Positions 8,761 through 18,199 of a stretch of DNA of 64,000 bases are shown piece by piece. Location: positions 288,001 to 352,000 of the forward strand of contig CAVWLW010000033.1 of NCBI GenBank assembly GCA_963755715.1, in the 5' to 3' direction. The translations under genes were made by a program, and so were the position numbers. This DNA comes from an uncultured delta proteobacterium (GTDB lineage: Bacteria > Desulfobacterota > Binatia > UBA9968). Every line of letters starts with the position of its first letter. Position 1 is the stretch's first letter. Below the pieces are notes generated by a model. The model saw only the letters and a program-made list of their open reading frames with translations. It did not search any database and had not been told where the DNA came from.

Positions 8761-9941
8761 CCTCGCACTCCTTTGCTTGCCGTCGGCGCCCCAACGGCGC
8801 CACCACCGGGTGTGCCCTGCGCGGCGACGAACCACTCCAACAGCGCGGCGACGGCGATCATGATGACGACGCCGGCCACCGATACGGCCAACTGCATGGC
8901 GACTCCGCCGAAAAATTCATTGAGCACCAGGTGCCCCAGGACTGAGAGCAGGATGCCGAGGCAGAAGATATAGAGGGAGTTGCGCCCGCAGATGAGAAAG
9001 GGCCATGCGGCGGGGCTAGCTAAAAACCGCGCCTGGAGCGGGATCAGGCTTGCGACGAGCAGCGCGACCGCGAGTACGTTCACCAAACGAAGAATTCCCA
9101 GGTCCGTTTTACTCAAGAACGGCCACAACAGCTTGGCGCTGACCAAGACCGGAATCGGATCATAGAAGCCGTGCAGTGTCCAGTTGAACCGGATCAGGAA
9201 CCCCGCCAGTGAGAGCGCCGCTGCCAACCAGAACAGCCAGCGACGGCCAAGCCAGGAAACTCCACCGTGGATGTTGCGCCAGCCAAACCATGCGCCGAGC
9301 AGGAAGAGCGCCTGCCAGGCGAACGGATTCAAAAACCACACCCGGTCCGGGCCCGGATAGGCCGCCAGCGCGATCCGATTGTCGAACTGGACCGCCAGCC
9401 AGAGCGCGAACGAGGCCAAAGATACCACTCCCGGCCAGGACCGGAACCCGACCAGCACGAGAGGCAGAACCGCCAGCAGCACGATGTAGAGCGGCAGGAT
9501 GTCCATGAAAGCGGGCTGGAACTGCAGCATCAATGCCTGGACCAGCGCCAGGCCGGGCTCGCTGAGAAAATTGGTGGCGCCAAACTCCTCGGCGTAGAGC
9601 GATTTGTTGAGGGCACCCTGGGTGTAGGCCACCATCGCCAGGAATATCATGAACAGAAATATGTGGGCGACGTAGAGCTGCCACAATCGGTGGTACACGC
9701 GGATCCCAGCAACAAGGAAACCCTGACGCTCCATGGCGCGACCGTACACCATGCCGGCGGTATAGCCGGAGATCAGGATGAAGACCTCGGCAGCATCGGC
9801 GAACATCACCGATTGAAACGTAAACTCCGCCAGGATGTTGTTCGGGAGGTGATCGAGGAAGATGCAGAAGAGGGCAAGACCGCGGAAGAAATCAAGCCGG
9901 AGATCGCGCTCCACAGCCGAAGGATAACTTGCGACGGCCAT
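8757..9941 (-). CDS. opgC: OpgC-family membrane acyl(succinyl)transferase
   Basis: RDLRLDFFRGLAL, DAAEVFILISG, MDILPLY, NPFAWQ and GRNSL motifs; multiple TM helices; GGAG RBS before ATG 9941. Confidence 0.85.
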   Translation of the reverse strand: MAVASYPSAVERDLRLDFFRGLALFCIFLDHLPNNILAEFTFQSVMFADAAEVFILISGYTAGMVYGRAMERQGFLVAGIRVYHRLWQLYVAHIFLFMIFLAMVAYTQGALNKSLYAEEFGATNFLSEPGLALVQALMLQFQPAFMDILPLYIVLLAVLPLVLVGFRSWPGVVSLASFALWLAVQFDNRIALAAYPGPDRVWFLNPFAWQALFLLGAWFGWRNIHGGVSWLGRRWLFWLAAALSLAGFLIRFNWTLHGFYDPIPVLVSAKLLWPFLSKTDLGILRLVNVLAVALLVASLIPLQARFLASPAAWPFLICGRNSLYIFCLGILLSVLGHLVLNEFFGGVAMQLAVSVAGVVIMIAVAALLEWFVAAQGTPGGGAVGAPTASKGVRG

Positions 9942-10081
9942 CAGATAACTCCGGAAGGACCCTCCGCGGGTCTTCAAAACATCTTCGTCTGGCTTGCTAA
10001 AAGCCGGACAACCTAGGGGTGAAGGATCTACGCGACCCCTCTCTTCATACAACAACACAGCGGTCTGAAATTTAGCCTCTC

Positions 10082-10097
10082 GACAAAATTCGTGCCG
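10082..10097 (-). promoter_or_regulatory. sigma54-like motif (variant CGGCAC-N5-TTGTC) upstream of opgC
   Basis: The minus strand reads CGGCACGAATTTTGTC, ~140 nt before ATG 9941. Confidence 0.4.
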
Positions 10098-10326
10098 GCT
10101 ATCGGCGTCAATTCGAACTCAATCCACGACATGAGATTAAGGGTAGCGCGCCAAGTACGCTTGGGAAAGGGGGGAAAAGAAAAGACCACGGGCGTCTGGC
10201 ATAAACGGTCTTATCAAACTAGCGAATGGCTTTTGTGATCGGCATCTGAGCGGCCATGAAAGGTCGGAAGAAGTCGTAGACACTGTATTTCGGCTTTACG
10301 TGAGCGCGGAAGCCCGGCGATAGCCG

Positions 10327-11160
10327 CTACTGCATGCCTTCGGTGATGTATTGAATTACATATCCCGCCGGATCATCCATGTAGGTTCCTTGGTTTCCGC
10401 CGGGCGTTCGACCTTTGGCCTCTTCGCCGCGGTCTCCATTGGGAATGCCTAGCCGGTCGAGCTGGGCAAGCGCATCCTTCCATTGCGCGGGAGCGACGTA
10501 GAAACCCAAATGCGGCCCGGGAATCAGCCGGCTCATCGGATAGCCCTTGGGGCCGAATGGCGTTTCCGTCAAGATCAAATACTGGCCGCTCGCCATCCGC
10601 ATGGTCGCCTGCGGTTTATTGGATTGCGCATCGCGACCGCGTTCGAGAATATTGAAGCCCAGCACCTGCTCGTAGAATTTTATCGACGCGTCGAGGTTGG
10701 GCGCTTCCAATTCCAAATAGCCGACACCGGTCAGGCGTTCCGTCGTTCCGTTGTTTTCCTCGACGGTGGGCACATAGACCGCAAAATTGTTGCCCGCCGG
10801 ATCAGCGAAGAAAATCGTCGACGCGGCAAATGAATGGGTACTCTTAACCGGCCCGGCAAACTTGATTTTCCACTCCTCCAGCGCCCGAATGACATCCTGC
10901 AAGCCTTGCGCCGTGGTTGTAAACGAATAAGTCGGCGTGCCTTGCGGCGTGATCGGCGTGCCGCGCTCTTCTTTTTGTAAATAAACGCCGATGCGTTTTC
11001 CCGCGACAGTGATGAACGTATGCGGTCCCAGGCTCCGCGAGCGGACAGTGAGACCATGGCGCTTGACGACTTTGCCGCCAAAAACCTGCGAATAAAAATC
11101 TTCAGCGACAACGATGTCGTTGACCGGTACCACGAAATGATCGAAGCCTTGAACTAACAT
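10327..11160 (-). CDS. Two-domain VOC (glyoxalase/extradiol dioxygenase-like) protein
   Basis: DHFVVPVND...FYSQVFG, FADPAGN, FYEQVLGF and DDPAGY repeats of the VOC fold. Confidence 0.8.
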   Translation of the reverse strand: MLVQGFDHFVVPVNDIVVAEDFYSQVFGGKVVKRHGLTVRSRSLGPHTFITVAGKRIGVYLQKEERGTPITPQGTPTYSFTTTAQGLQDVIRALEEWKIKFAGPVKSTHSFAASTIFFADPAGNNFAVYVPTVEENNGTTERLTGVGYLELEAPNLDASIKFYEQVLGFNILERGRDAQSNKPQATMRMASGQYLILTETPFGPKGYPMSRLIPGPHLGFYVAPAQWKDALAQLDRLGIPNGDRGEEAKGRTPGGNQGTYMDDPAGYVIQYITEGMQ

Positions 11161-11203
11161 TTCGCTCTCCTTTGTAAACTGGTTTTAATTGCGGTCATTT
11201 ATA

Positions 11204-11306
11204 TCTCACCACGAAGCACACGAAGGCACGAAGGTTTCGGTCGTATATCTATGTGACCCAAATCCGAAATCCTTTATTTGGTGCCCCTTGGGCTCTTTGT
11301 GGTTAA
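11204..11306. repeat. Intergenic CACGAAG-type palindromic element
   Basis: CACCACGAAGCACACGAAGGCACGAAG pairs with a degenerate inverted arm GTGCCCCTTGGGCTCTTTGTGGT. Confidence 0.6.
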
Positions 11307-11337
11307 TTCTTCTTAAGTGCGTCTCTCGGCTGTCAAT

Positions 11338-12348
11338 TTATTTTTTTCCGATTTCCGCCAGCGCCTGATTGAGATAACTCTGATCGATGTACTTCGAAGG
11401 TTCGGGCAGGGGCTCTTTGAGAATCCCTTGCTCGGCGACGACTTTGATCAGCGTGCGTACGCCTTCCAAATTCAAATCGGCGTTGCGGTCCCAGATGCGG
11501 CTTTTCCAGTTGTAATCCGCCGCGTAGCGGCAGTGTTCGATGCTGATCGCCATTTCCTTCGATAAATAGCCGCAGGCGGCCGCGCGATTGTCCATCATCC
11601 AGCGCATCGTCGAAGCCATCGCTTTCATGAAACGCACGACCAGCGTCCGGTTTTTCTCGGCCCAAGAGCGCTTGACGAAGTAGCCGTTGAACTGAAAGTT
11701 CGGCTGGTCATCGGCGAAATAGCCGATGATGTTGAAGCCCTGTTGTTTGGCCACGAGGTCGAGAGGCACACCCACCGGAGCCGACGAAATTTGCCCCGAC
11801 GTCAACGCTTGAAAGCGCTCGGAAGCGCCGCCGATGTTGAGCAGCTTATAATCGCGCGGATATTCCAGACCGTGCGCCTTGAGCACCAGTCGCAAGGCAA
11901 AGCCGGTGCCTGAAGTGATCGTTTGCGAGCCGATCGTGGTGCCGCGCAGATCGGCGTAGGTTTTGTACGGTTTGCCGCCGATCAAACTCAAACCGAGACC
12001 GTTGATCAGGCCGCCGATCATGGTGATATCGGCGCCTCGCTCATGGGCGCTGATGAGGGTGTCGACTCCCGCGCTGGCCACATAGATGGAATCGGCGGTC
12101 AGAGCTTGAATGGTCAGCGGGGAGCCGCGCATGGTAATGATCGGCACGTCCAAGCTTTCTCGTTCAAAGAAACCCATCTTCGCCGCAACCCAGAGCGGAC
12201 CGTAGCTCAAAGTTTTCGACGACTCGCCGACGAGAAAGCGAAACTTCTCCTGGGCCGCACAAGGAAGGGCAAACATTAACGCAAAGACAAGGAGCGCAAT
12301 CGCGTGCGCGATCCTCGTTCCTCGATCATCAATCGTCATGGCCACCAT
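11338..12348 (-). CDS. ABC substrate-binding protein (NMT1/SsuA-like)
   Basis: Signal peptide; PLWVAAKMGFFERESLDV, DLRGTTIG and KYIDQSYL patterns. Confidence 0.85.
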   Translation of the reverse strand: MVAMTIDDRGTRIAHAIALLVFALMFALPCAAQEKFRFLVGESSKTLSYGPLWVAAKMGFFERESLDVPIITMRGSPLTIQALTADSIYVASAGVDTLISAHERGADITMIGGLINGLGLSLIGGKPYKTYADLRGTTIGSQTITSGTGFALRLVLKAHGLEYPRDYKLLNIGGASERFQALTSGQISSAPVGVPLDLVAKQQGFNIIGYFADDQPNFQFNGYFVKRSWAEKNRTLVVRFMKAMASTMRWMMDNRAAACGYLSKEMAISIEHCRYAADYNWKSRIWDRNADLNLEGVRTLIKVVAEQGILKEPLPEPSKYIDQSYLNQALAEIGKK

Positions 12349-12660
12349 TACTCCAATCCAGCCATTTACCGTACCGCCTTATCACCGACAATGCATTCCG
12401 CCGCTTCTACATCTGGAGTTAGTCAGGACACCGTGTGAAGCTCGCGTTATTTGCTTAACTGCTTTTGGCTGCGCATTGCAATGCGCGGCTCACGTTACCG
12501 CGGGCGCATGTGCCGGCGCTGACCTAGGTCGGCCGGTAGCAACCTTTGTAGACAGTTCTGTATCCAACAGTTCACAGCTCCTCACGCCCTGCGGCAGCTT
12601 CAACGCGGGCTTTTGCGGACAAATCATAAATTGCTCCATCCGTAAGTACTAAGATGCCAC

Positions 12661-12675
12661 TGGCATCACCTTTGC
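12661..12675 (+). promoter_or_regulatory. sigma54 promoter (-24/-12)
   Basis: TGGCATCACCTTTGC is a canonical GG-N10-GC, upstream of CDS 12803. Confidence 0.6.
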
Positions 12676-12802
12676 GCCTCGCTGTCGCAGTACCCACTTT
12701 ACCCCGTGTTTGCCAGCGCGCTGGAGTTAAAAGGAAGCGATCATCGACCCCAGCGGTGCGTCGCGGGATTTTCTTAGAACCTACGTCCAGGAGGAAAAAG
12801 AA

Positions 12803-13405
12803 ATGCGACAACCTGATGCCATGGTGATGAGAGGGCAGGCGACACGATCAAACTCGACACCGGGTTGGCGTGTCGCCGCGCGACTTCGGGTGATTACGTA
12901 TATAGCGGCCGCATCGTCGCTTCTGCTGATGCTTGTTCTGGCGAGGCTCTATCCCGATCTAAACCGAACAGAGATTCCTGATTGGAGACCGCTCATCTCT
13001 CTCGCAGACGAAGCAGCAAATAGAGGCGATTGGTATGGAGCGAGACACTTATATTTGCAGGTTGACCGAGTCGCTTATTGGCGACAGGATTGGGAAGGCC
13101 TTGTTGCGGCCGCCTGCCGTATCCACCAACTGGACGGAGTCAACCGGCCCTATTCTAGAGCTCTTTCCATTTTGTTCCGGGCGTCGATGACGGCGGAACG
13201 TGCCGAAAGTCGTCGGGGGGTTGTCACCGTGGCAAAATCTCTCTCACTGCTCGGCTCGGACGAAGCTGCATCTGCAGTCCTGGTCCGGATCCAACCCAGT
13301 TGGCCAGAGGAAGCGATAAGCTTTGATAATCTCACCTTGTTGGGAGGGTGCTCTCGATCACAACATCCAGATAGGGGATCAACAGCCTCTGCTTCTTTAC
13401 AGTGA
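12803..13405 (+). CDS. Hypothetical membrane-anchored helical protein
   Basis: 200-aa ORF with a GGAGG RBS, one hydrophobic helix (VITYIAAASSLLLMLVLA) and a helical TPR-like remainder. Confidence 0.55.
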   Translation: MRQPDAMVMRGQATRSNSTPGWRVAARLRVITYIAAASSLLLMLVLARLYPDLNRTEIPDWRPLISLADEAANRGDWYGARHLYLQVDRVAYWRQDWEGLVAAACRIHQLDGVNRPYSRALSILFRASMTAERAESRRGVVTVAKSLSLLGSDEAASAVLVRIQPSWPEEAISFDNLTLLGGCSRSQHPDRGSTASASLQ

Positions 13406-13491
13406 AGGCGATCGCCAGCAACTCGGAGGAGCGATGGCGTGGGGGCGGGACCGTTAGTCCATGTGGACACGACCAGCTCGTCGAGTTCGAG
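13405..13491 (-). pseudogene. Orphan remnant of an LLM oxidoreductase 3' tail (homologous to 21003..21088)
   Basis: About 80% nt identity with a 1-nt indel. LELDELVVSTWT/PRHRSSELLAIAF compares with LDLDELVVVTWT/PRHRSYELLAQAF. Confidence 0.85.
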
Positions 13492-13572
13492 CAACCCCAG
13501 GCTGGCGCAGAGTGACCCTCGTTCGCTGAGCGCTTCCGAATTTTCATCTAACACTCGTGCGACCGATAGCGA

Positions 13573-13601
13573 TTGACGGCTCCCCGGCTTAGCGATAGCG
13601 T
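13573..13601 (+). promoter_or_regulatory. Putative sigma70 promoter
   Basis: TTGACG-17 nt-TAGCGT upstream of CDS 13684. Confidence 0.45.
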
Positions 13602-13683
13602 GAGCGCAAACGCAAATTTAATTCGCGAGAGATTTTCGTCGCAACCGCGCCAGACCTGAAACTTATCCCGGAAGAGGAGAACA

Positions 13684-14796
13684 ATGACGCAATCCAATCC
13701 ATTACGCGTAGGCCTCATCGGAGCGGGCGGCAGATGGGGGCCGCGGGCGCATGTGCCGGCGCTGAAGGGCGTGTCCGAGGCAGAGCTCTATGCCGTGTGC
13801 ACAGCGCATGCGGATACCGCGCAGGCAGCGGCCGATAAGTTCGGCGTGGAATGCGCGTATGGCAGTGACAAAACATTGAACGCCAACCCGCAGGTCGAAG
13901 CCGTGGCGGTCGCGGTGCGCGTGCCGGCGCACTATGAGCTTAGCAAAAACGCCATTGAAGCGGGCAAGCACGTCTTCTGCGAATGGCCGCTCGGCGCGAA
14001 TACGAAAGAGGCGGAAGAACTCGCGGCGCTGGCGCGCAAGAAAAACGTGCGCACGATGGTCGGCTTGCAGCGTCGCGCGTCGCCCGCCTATCTGTACATG
14101 CGCGAGCTCATCCAGCAAGGTTACGTCGGACAGGTGCTATCGGTGAATCTGATGCTGATGAACAGCGGCGTGTTGACCCGCCCCTCGGATCGCACCTGGC
14201 AGCGCGATGTGACCTTGGGCGCGAACACACTGACGATTACGTTCGCGCACGTGCTTGACGCCATGTGCATGGTGGTCGGCGAGCTGACCGAAGTGTCCGC
14301 GATCGTCGCCACGCAGGTGCCGCAGTGGTTCGAGACCGACACGAAAAAATATGTGGACGTCACCTCGCCCGACAACATCGTGGTTCAGGGCCGGCTCGAA
14401 AACGGCGCGATCGTCAATGCCTACTGCGGCGTGCATCCGTACCACGGCAGCGGCCACCGCTTCGAGATTTACGGCAGGGACGGCACGCTGTCGATGATCG
14501 GCGGCGGCGAGGGCGGCGAGGAGCGCCGGCGCAAGATCATGGGTGGACACAAAGACGACAAGGCGCTGCAAGAGTTGCCTGTGCCGGAGCGATTCACCTG
14601 GGTGCCGGAAGCCGTGCGCAACGATGGTCCCGCATACGACGTGGGCCAGATGTGGGTCAAGTTTGCCGAAGGGATACGCAGCGGCTCGAACGCCGATCCC
14701 AACTTGCCCGACTTCGATCACGCGGTGCGCCGCCACCGAACGTTGGATGCCATCGTGCGCGCTTCAGAGACGGGGCAGCGGCAGAAAGTTGCCTAA
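13684..14796 (+). CDS. Gfo/Idh/MocA family oxidoreductase
   Basis: LRVGLIGAGG, AGKHVFCEWPLG and FEIYGRDGTL motifs. Confidence 0.9.
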   Translation: MTQSNPLRVGLIGAGGRWGPRAHVPALKGVSEAELYAVCTAHADTAQAAADKFGVECAYGSDKTLNANPQVEAVAVAVRVPAHYELSKNAIEAGKHVFCEWPLGANTKEAEELAALARKKNVRTMVGLQRRASPAYLYMRELIQQGYVGQVLSVNLMLMNSGVLTRPSDRTWQRDVTLGANTLTITFAHVLDAMCMVVGELTEVSAIVATQVPQWFETDTKKYVDVTSPDNIVVQGRLENGAIVNAYCGVHPYHGSGHRFEIYGRDGTLSMIGGGEGGEERRRKIMGGHKDDKALQELPVPERFTWVPEAVRNDGPAYDVGQMWVKFAEGIRSGSNADPNLPDFDHAVRRHRTLDAIVRASETGQRQKVA

Positions 14797-14800
14797 CGGC

Positions 14801-14881
14801 GGTTCAAAGGTTCAAGGTTCAAAAGTTCAAAGTCGGAATCGCTGGCCTCGGTTCTAGAAGTTCCAAGGGTTCCAGCCGTTC
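14801..14881. repeat. GTTCAA/GTTCCA short-period intergenic repeat
   Basis: GGTTCAAAGGTTCAAGGTTCAAAAGTTCAAAG followed by GTTCTAGAAGTTCCAAGGGTTCCAGCCGTT. Confidence 0.7.
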
Positions 14882-14997
14882 CCCCTTCGCTGACCCGCTT
14901 CCCAATTTTCATCAAAGGCTAGTGCGATCGATTGGGATTGACGACTCGCCGGCTTCGCGGTAACAGAGAAAATAGATTAGCGAAAGGAGCGATGACC

Positions 14998-16458
14998 ATG
15001 GAACATCGAGCGGCGGAAATACACGACGGACTGAAGCACCCGGTGATCGACGGCGACGGCCACTGGATGGAGCCGATACCGATCTTCCTTGAGTATTTAA
15101 GCGAAGTGGGCGGCGCGAAATCGGTCGATCAGATCAGAGCGCTGTGGCGTGGAAGGGACGTGTGGTACCGGGCCACACCAGAGGAGCGCCAGCACAGCCG
15201 CCTACGTCGCGCCATCTGGTGGGGTGTGACGAGCAATACCTACGACAAGGCCTCGGCGCTGCTGCCGGCCTTGTTGAACGAGCGCCTGCCCGAGTTGGGC
15301 ATCGACTTCGCGCTGATCTATCCGAGCTTCGGTCTCACCATCAACGGCATACCCCATCCCGATCTGCACCGGGCCGCAGTCCGCGCCTACAACATGATGA
15401 CGGCCGACATGTTCGCGCCGTATGCGAAAAGATTTGCGCCCGTAGCGATTCTCCCTTGTCAAACGCCGGACGAAGCCCTTGAGGAGCTGGAATACGCGGT
15501 CAAGCAGCGTGGTTTCAAGGCGATCATGCTGCGCGGAAACCAGGAGCGACCGATTCCAAGCGCAGCGGAAGGAATCGATCGGCAGAAGGCCGCCTGGTAT
15601 TGTGATACTATCGCCCTCGACAGCCCCTATAACTATGAGCCGCTGTGGCAGCGCTGCGTCGAGCTCGGCGTGGCGGTGACCCAACACTCAGGCAGCGGGC
15701 GCTGGCAGGATCGCTCGTCGATCAACAACTTCACTTACAACCACGTCGGCCACTTCGCTGAATCGAACCACGCTTTCGCGCGTGGTGTTTTCCTCGGCGG
15801 TCTCGTGCACCGTTACCCAAGCCTCAATTTTGGCTTCATGGAAGGCGGTGTGAGCTGGGCCTGTCAGATGTGCCTCGACTTGATCGAACACTGGGAGAAG
15901 CGCCGGCGCGCCGGGTTGCAGTATCCAAACGCAACCAGTGTCGCCGAGATGCACCAGCTCATCGACCGGTATGGCGATCAAAAACTTAAAGCCAACGCCG
16001 ACGCGATCATGAACAGCCTGGATGTATTTCGTCCGGAATGCAGTCTCGAAGAACTCGCGCGGCCCGAGCATGTCGTAGACGATTTTGAAGCGGCGGGAAT
16101 CAACTCAAAAGAGGATGTCCGGGCAGTCTTCTCCGGCAACTTCTACTTTGGCTGCGAGGCCGACGACCGCGCGACGATATGGGCCTTCGATCCCCGTATG
16201 GGCGTCCGGCTTCGGCCGATCTTCAGCTCCGACTTCACGCATTTCGACGTGCCTGATTTCAGGGAGGTGATTCCTGAAGCGTTTGAATTGGTGGAGAAGG
16301 GCTTCGTGACGGAGCAGGATTTCCGGGAGTTCACGTTCACCAACGCCGCGCGTCTGCACACGCGCAACAACCCGGACTTCTTCAAGGACACCGTCGTCGA
16401 GCAAGCGGTGGCCGATGAGCTGGGACTGAAGGCGGCGTTGTCGGCAGCGAATGCCTAA
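14998..16458 (+). CDS. Amidohydrolase family protein (Amidohydro_2-like)
   Basis: VIDGDGHW, FMEGGVSW, GCEADD and FSSDFTHFD motifs, with an AAAGGAG RBS. Confidence 0.85.
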   Translation: MEHRAAEIHDGLKHPVIDGDGHWMEPIPIFLEYLSEVGGAKSVDQIRALWRGRDVWYRATPEERQHSRLRRAIWWGVTSNTYDKASALLPALLNERLPELGIDFALIYPSFGLTINGIPHPDLHRAAVRAYNMMTADMFAPYAKRFAPVAILPCQTPDEALEELEYAVKQRGFKAIMLRGNQERPIPSAAEGIDRQKAAWYCDTIALDSPYNYEPLWQRCVELGVAVTQHSGSGRWQDRSSINNFTYNHVGHFAESNHAFARGVFLGGLVHRYPSLNFGFMEGGVSWACQMCLDLIEHWEKRRRAGLQYPNATSVAEMHQLIDRYGDQKLKANADAIMNSLDVFRPECSLEELARPEHVVDDFEAAGINSKEDVRAVFSGNFYFGCEADDRATIWAFDPRMGVRLRPIFSSDFTHFDVPDFREVIPEAFELVEKGFVTEQDFREFTFTNAARLHTRNNPDFFKDTVVEQAVADELGLKAALSAANA

Positions 16459-16476
16459 GCGACTGAACGAGATCAA

Positions 16477-16597
16477 GCGTTCAAATCGTTCAAGCCGTTC
16501 CATCGCTTCGCTCCGTTCCAGTCGTTTTACGGCCGTGTCCGTGGGGCGTGTTCGTGCTCGTGTGGATTTCACGGTCACGATCCACGGACACGATCAC
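16477..16597. repeat. Composite intergenic element: GTTCAA array plus a GTGTCCGTG...CACGGACAC palindrome
   Basis: GTTCAAATCGTTCAAGCCGTTCCATCGCTTCGCTCCGTTCCAGTCG is followed by an inverted pair at 16535..16597, between convergent genes. Confidence 0.7.
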
Positions 16598-16608
16598 AGT
16601 TCATCAGT

Positions 16609-17871
16609 CTAACCATTCCGTTCGGCTTTCCTGCTGTCCAATATCGGGCTGTACTTCTTTGATGCTCCTGTTCGCCGGTCTGATGTATAGGCACGACCAG
16701 CGAGAAAGTTCTTTTCCGTTGGCAGGTGCAGGTAGATGTTTTTCGTCGGGTCGCGAAAAACGTTCATCGGATCTCTGCCACTTTCTATGATTCCTACCTG
16801 CTCCTCCAACAGGTGACGGTAGAGTATGATCCCCTTGTCTGAGCGGCTCAGCGCTTCCGTCGAACGGTCGGCAATCGGTCCCTGAGTCATCCATGCGGCG
16901 ATGTCCTGGCCGCTGTTATTATCCAGGAACTGCCATTGCGGTTGTCCGTTATCGGCCAGTTGCGGTACCGGCACGTCATAAAAGGGGATCTCCTCGGCTG
17001 GCTGCGCTCCTTCGCTTCCGACCTTGCTATAGCAGCGATACCACCAATGGGCCGTGTGCGTGTCGTCGATCGGAACTCGGATTTGAAAGCCGGCGCCGTT
17101 TTTCTTATCGACCACTCCCTGTCTCAACATATTAGGGAAGACGACCGGATGCCCGACTTTCCAGTCGTCATCCTCTTCGGTCTCGCCCTCCACAATACGC
17201 CGCTTCACGATCCCGTACTCGAATCGATCAAAGCCGATCTTCGCGTGCTTCTGGCGCGAGCGCTGAAGATCTCCGTTTCCCATCTGCTCGACCACGTAAT
17301 TGTAGAAGTTCTGATGGAGCCACTCGACATGCACCGGGTCCAGCGAATTCTCCATGATCTGGAGCCAGTTGCAGGGAATGACTGCGTACCCGACGTCGCG
17401 TAGAACATCTTCCATCACGTACAGGTCCCAGCGCGGCAGCAGCGGTTCGGGCAGGGGGCCCAGGTACGCGAGCAGGAGACCGCCCAGTTCCTGGATAGGG
17501 TAGGACTGGATTTTTATTTTCTGCTTAAAGCGGCCTTCCGCATCTTCGGTATCGTCGTAAGGCTGCTCGGTGCAGCGCCCTTGTTTGTCAAACCGCCAAC
17601 CGTGATACGCGCATCTTATGCCGTCGTCATCGGGGATGCCGTACATCATGGACATCTTCCGATGCGGGCAGCGCGGTTCGACCAGCCCATAGTGTCCGGA
17701 GCGATCCTTATAGAGCACCAGATCTTCCCCTAGGATTTTTACTTGGAACGTGTTCCGCTCCTTCATCTGGGAGACCGCCGCTACAGGATGCCAATAACGG
17801 CGAAACAGCTCTCCCATAGGCGTTCCGGGTCCCACTCGAGTCAACTGCTCGTTTTGTTTCTCGGTCAGCAT
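16609..17871 (-). CDS. Rieske non-heme iron aromatic oxygenase alpha subunit (phthalate dioxygenase/LigX-like)
   Basis: RVGPGTPMGELFRRYW, Rieske CPH...CAYHGW and mononuclear Fe ENSLDPVHVEWLH motifs. Confidence 0.9.
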   Translation of the reverse strand: MLTEKQNEQLTRVGPGTPMGELFRRYWHPVAAVSQMKERNTFQVKILGEDLVLYKDRSGHYGLVEPRCPHRKMSMMYGIPDDDGIRCAYHGWRFDKQGRCTEQPYDDTEDAEGRFKQKIKIQSYPIQELGGLLLAYLGPLPEPLLPRWDLYVMEDVLRDVGYAVIPCNWLQIMENSLDPVHVEWLHQNFYNYVVEQMGNGDLQRSRQKHAKIGFDRFEYGIVKRRIVEGETEEDDDWKVGHPVVFPNMLRQGVVDKKNGAGFQIRVPIDDTHTAHWWYRCYSKVGSEGAQPAEEIPFYDVPVPQLADNGQPQWQFLDNNSGQDIAAWMTQGPIADRSTEALSRSDKGIILYRHLLEEQVGIIESGRDPMNVFRDPTKNIYLHLPTEKNFLAGRAYTSDRRTGASKKYSPILDSRKAERNG

Positions 17872-17983
17872 GGCTTCCTCGCTTTGTGTTTAGTTATCCT
17901 TAAGATGTTTTCACGGCTTGGGCAAATTTCTTGCGAATCCTAAATTGAATCAGACTTACCGCGGAGGCGGTGGCAAAGGCGCT

Positions 17984-18032
17984 GGTTCAAGCCGTTCAAA
18001 TCGATTCCTCAACGTCTTGAACCATGGGAACG
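17984..18032. repeat. GTTCAA-family intergenic palindromic repeat
   Basis: GGTTCAAGCCGTTCAAATCG pairs with CTTGAACC. Confidence 0.6.
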
Positions 18033-18199
18033 TTCTGTTTAAAGCCAGGTCAATCTTAGATCAGCAGGCCTGCCCGCAACAAGAGTATACCCGTCGCCCA
18101 CGCCGAGTTCCCGTCAGACCTGGACAATTTCTTCGAGCTTGGATAGTCATCGAAAACACAGAGTGCCAGGCGCAGCCGTTGCGCGATAGGAGGGAATAG

